Positions 61,159 through 64,000 of a stretch of DNA of 64,000 bases are shown here, in pieces. The notes below the pieces were generated by a model that worked only from the letters and a program-made list of their open reading frames with translations, was not told where the DNA came from and made no database searches. A program made the position numbers and the translations under genes. Within the stretch, counting starts at the first letter, position 1. Each line of letters opens with the position of its first letter. This DNA comes from Octopus bimaculoides (Eukaryota): NCBI RefSeq assembly GCF_001194135.2, contig NC_069005.1, positions 31,112,793 to 31,176,792 on the forward strand, given 5' to 3'.

Positions 61159-61974
61159 ATAGTTGATTATGCAACCTCCTCTCTTGTTTTTTGTTTCTTT
61201 TCTCTCTCTCTCCATCCCAGGGTGATGAGTGCCGTGCTATTTCACCACCAAGCCAGCCAGGTGCCCTCCCTGTACCCAGGAGCTACCTTGCTCAGATTCT
61301 GCTGTTTCCAATCCCTTTGTTTGATGATGTCTGTCCACAAATATCTTTTGGCACCTTCTTACTCTCTTTCCCTCCACACTTTCTGTCCGAATGATCTTGG
61401 GCAAAGTTACTCATGATACAGTGTATGTCCAGGTAAAGGATAAATACCCCCCTTCAGTCATGAATAACCATGATTGCAGGCCTGACACCCTAACAAGTGA
61501 GCCATGGGCTTGATTCCCGACAGCAAGTGTCTTTGGGCTTTTGGGTTTTCCAGTACTATAGCATTGTTATTCTGTTTTTCCAGCCTATTGCAAGATAATA
61601 GCTGCAACAACACTGAATTAAACAACTTAACAATGCACTGGCAAATACCACACCCATCTTTGCAACACAGCACTTAGTGCACTAAGCGACACAGTGATAC
61701 ACAATGTAATGCAGCACCACACTCATTCTAGCACACCAGTCACAGATGAGCTTGTGCAATCACGTGACCAGAGACTAATAAGCAGTGGTGTAGCCGAGAA
61801 TTAACGAGTCTTGGAATGCAAAGTGTTATGGGAGTCACAGAGCAGGAGAGCAAAGCCCATACAGTCATAATACCACTGGCAGCCGCAATGCAGTATCTCA
61901 AATACATGAAATAAACTACTTTCTCCCAAACCCACTATGATGTCCTCCCATCCCGAGAAACCCCAAATGACTTC

Positions 61975-62215
61975 CAAGGGGGCCAGTTCATTAAATCGCC
62001 CTCAGTATGCAGCTGGTACTTAATTTATCAACCCCCGAAAGGATGAAAGGCAAAATCGACCTCGGCGGAATTTGAGCTCAGAACATAAAGACAGACGAAA
62101 CACCGCTAAGCATTTCGCCCGATGTGCTAATGACTTTGCCAGCTTGTGACCTTTTTTGTATTATTGGGAATGCAGACATAGGACGGTGAACTGGCAGAAT
62201 CGTTAGGACACCAGG
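61975..62215. mobile_element. Head-to-head family A SINEs (- 61975-62142; + 62180 to the gap)
   Basis: CCCCGAAAGGATGAAAGGCAAAATCGACCTCGGCGGAATTTGAGCTCAG, then GGACGGTGAACTGGCAGAATCGTTAG. Confidence 0.8.
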
Positions 62216-62778
62216 NNNNNNNNNNNNNNNNNNNNNNNNNNNNNNNNNNNNNNNNNNNNNNNNNNNNNNNNNNNNNNNNNNNNNNNNNNNNNNNNNNNNN
62301 NNNNNNNNNNNNNNNNNNNNNNNNNNNNNNNNNNNNNNNNNNNNNNNNNNNNNNNNNNNNNNNNNNNNNNNNNNNNNNNNNNNNNNNNNNNNNNNNNNNN
62401 NNNNNNNNNNNNNNNNNNNNNNNNNNNNNNNNNNNNNNNNNNNNNNNNNNNNNNNNNNNNNNNNNNNNNNNNNNNNNNNNNNNNNNNNNNNNNNNNNNNN
62501 NNNNNNNNNNNNNNNNNNNNNNNNNNNNNNNNNNNNNNNNNNNNNNNNNNNNNNNNNNNNNNNNNNNNNNNNNNNNNNNNNNNNNNNNNNNNNNNNNNNN
62601 NNNNNNNNNNNNNNNNNTAAGATAAATATAATATAATATAATATAATATTATATTTATCTTATGATATTTACTTTACTTTATATTATACTCATTTATTGT
62701 GCTTTTAATTATTAATTTTTCTATATGTGATAGTGGATTTTCATCGATGAGTTCTTGAAAATTGGTTATTTTCCCTAA

Positions 62779-62809
<31 letters not shown>

Positions 62810-62815
<6 letters not shown>

Positions 62816-63122
62816 TTATGAGCAATAGTGATGTGAATTAGACCCAGAGGTTTCAGGTAATGCTGAGTAAGTGCTATGGATAGACCACAGTTAAGCTCCA
62901 GGTTCGGTGATTATGCGAATACGGGGTCCAACGGAGGTCATATATCAGAGTGTGAATATAAGGGTTTACTTATATATAAGGATTTACTCACACCGTCTCC
63001 GATGAAGGGATATAACAAAATTTCCTTGAAACAGCTGTAAGACCTTCTATTTATAAATGTTCTATATTATACACAGCCTTGGTTTTTTTTATCTCATTAC
63101 GAAAAGTAAATCCTTATATATA
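62810..63122 (+). mobile_element. Probable Penelope pseudo-LTR/3' end inserted in (TA)n, carrying a hammerhead
   Basis: Non-coding segment bounded by (TA)n on both sides; contains the minimal hammerhead type known from PLEs. Confidence 0.6.
62995..63043 (+). ncRNA. Minimal type I hammerhead ribozyme (predicted cleavage GUA| between 63039 and 63040)
   Basis: Stem I GTCT(62995)/AGAC(63040); core CCGATGA (U4-to-C variant); stem II AGGGA/TCCTT; GAAAC; 2-bp stem III with palindromic loop AGCT; GTA triplet. Confidence 0.8.
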
Positions 63123-63939
63123 TGTATGTATGTAGGTATACACATTGAAAAATGTATAGTAAATGCATAAACAAATGGAAATCAGATACAAAAAGTCCTC
63201 AACTCCTCATCAATTATCAGCCAGTGAGTCAAATGCAGTTTTGTGCCTTTAACGATAGTGGTTGTGTGGTTGTGTATGCTTGTATTTGTGGGTATGTTGA
63301 GTGATCAATCTTCGTGTGTATATTAATGTGTGTGTATGTGCCTGCACGTGTACATCAGTGTGTACACATGCCTATAGCAATGTACACGTGTGTATGTGCA
63401 TGTGCATATGAATGTGTATTTATGTGTATATCTGTGTATGTGTGTTCATGTGCATATCAACGTGTGTTTATTGGTGTGTTATACCATGTACATGTGTTGA
63501 TGTGTGTGTGTTCAGTCATTGTTCCTATCTCCTACAAGTGTCACTCTTCTAACATGTTACTCATTTTTATTCTCGTTATTTTATTTCATTTGTAAATTTA
63601 ATTAATATTTTTCTCTTTTTTACATCTTTTTGATTTCTTTTGGTCCATTTTTTCTTTCTTTCTTTTTAGCTGTTTACTTCATTATTGTCCCATGTGCTAC
63701 CAATTCATTCAGTTTTTTCCTGTCTCTCTCTCTCTCCCACTCTCCATTCCTCTGTCTACCTGTCTGTCTCTCCCACACTCTTTCACCCTCTCTTCCCTTT
63801 TGTTCTTTCACCGGCTCTCACAATAACTCTCTCTCTCATATGGATTAAATCTCTTTAAAACAAATGAAACATCAAGGCTATTAACATTGAGTAGGGATAC
63901 AGGAAGGGAGAGAAGACAGGAAGAATTACAACAGCAGCT

Positions 63940-63970
<31 letters not shown>

Positions 63971-64000
63971 CAGTAGTAGCAGTATTTCATATACTCACCC

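Noticed and set aside
61673-61686. Perfect 14-bp palindrome CTTAGTGCACTAAG, and nearby CAGTGGT..ACCACTG ends (61783-61878)
   Set aside because: Isolated short matches without TSDs or additional copies; compatible with chance.

Overview
Gapped, microsatellite- and SINE-saturated animal genomic DNA. The SINE families suggest a coleoid cephalopod, probably Octopus; this is inferred by recall, not by database search. There are 20 N-gaps (about 5.4 kb) and no complete protein-coding gene, and almost all supplied ORFs are translated microsatellites or gaps. Supported content: at least four tRNA-headed or RTE-tailed SINE families, two TTAA-flanked MITE families, Penelope-like element (PLE) pieces (one stop-free GIY-YIG fragment, two fossils), two RTE LINE fossils, a gag-type CCHC zinc knuckle, and a 96-bp-arm foldback. 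The most interesting signals are two. (1) On the + strand, a CpG-rich promoter/first-exon candidate (MGAVAAS|GTAAGT, about 32.3-32.5 kb) is followed by AG|GT fused splice sites resembling recursive-splicing ratchet points (36778, 53184, possibly 39767) and candidate micro-exons. (2) A nearly canonical minimal hammerhead ribozyme (62995-63043) sits inside an inverted-repeat-bounded cassette, with several decayed hammerhead-like motifs elsewhere. All splice and ribozyme calls are sequence-only predictions.
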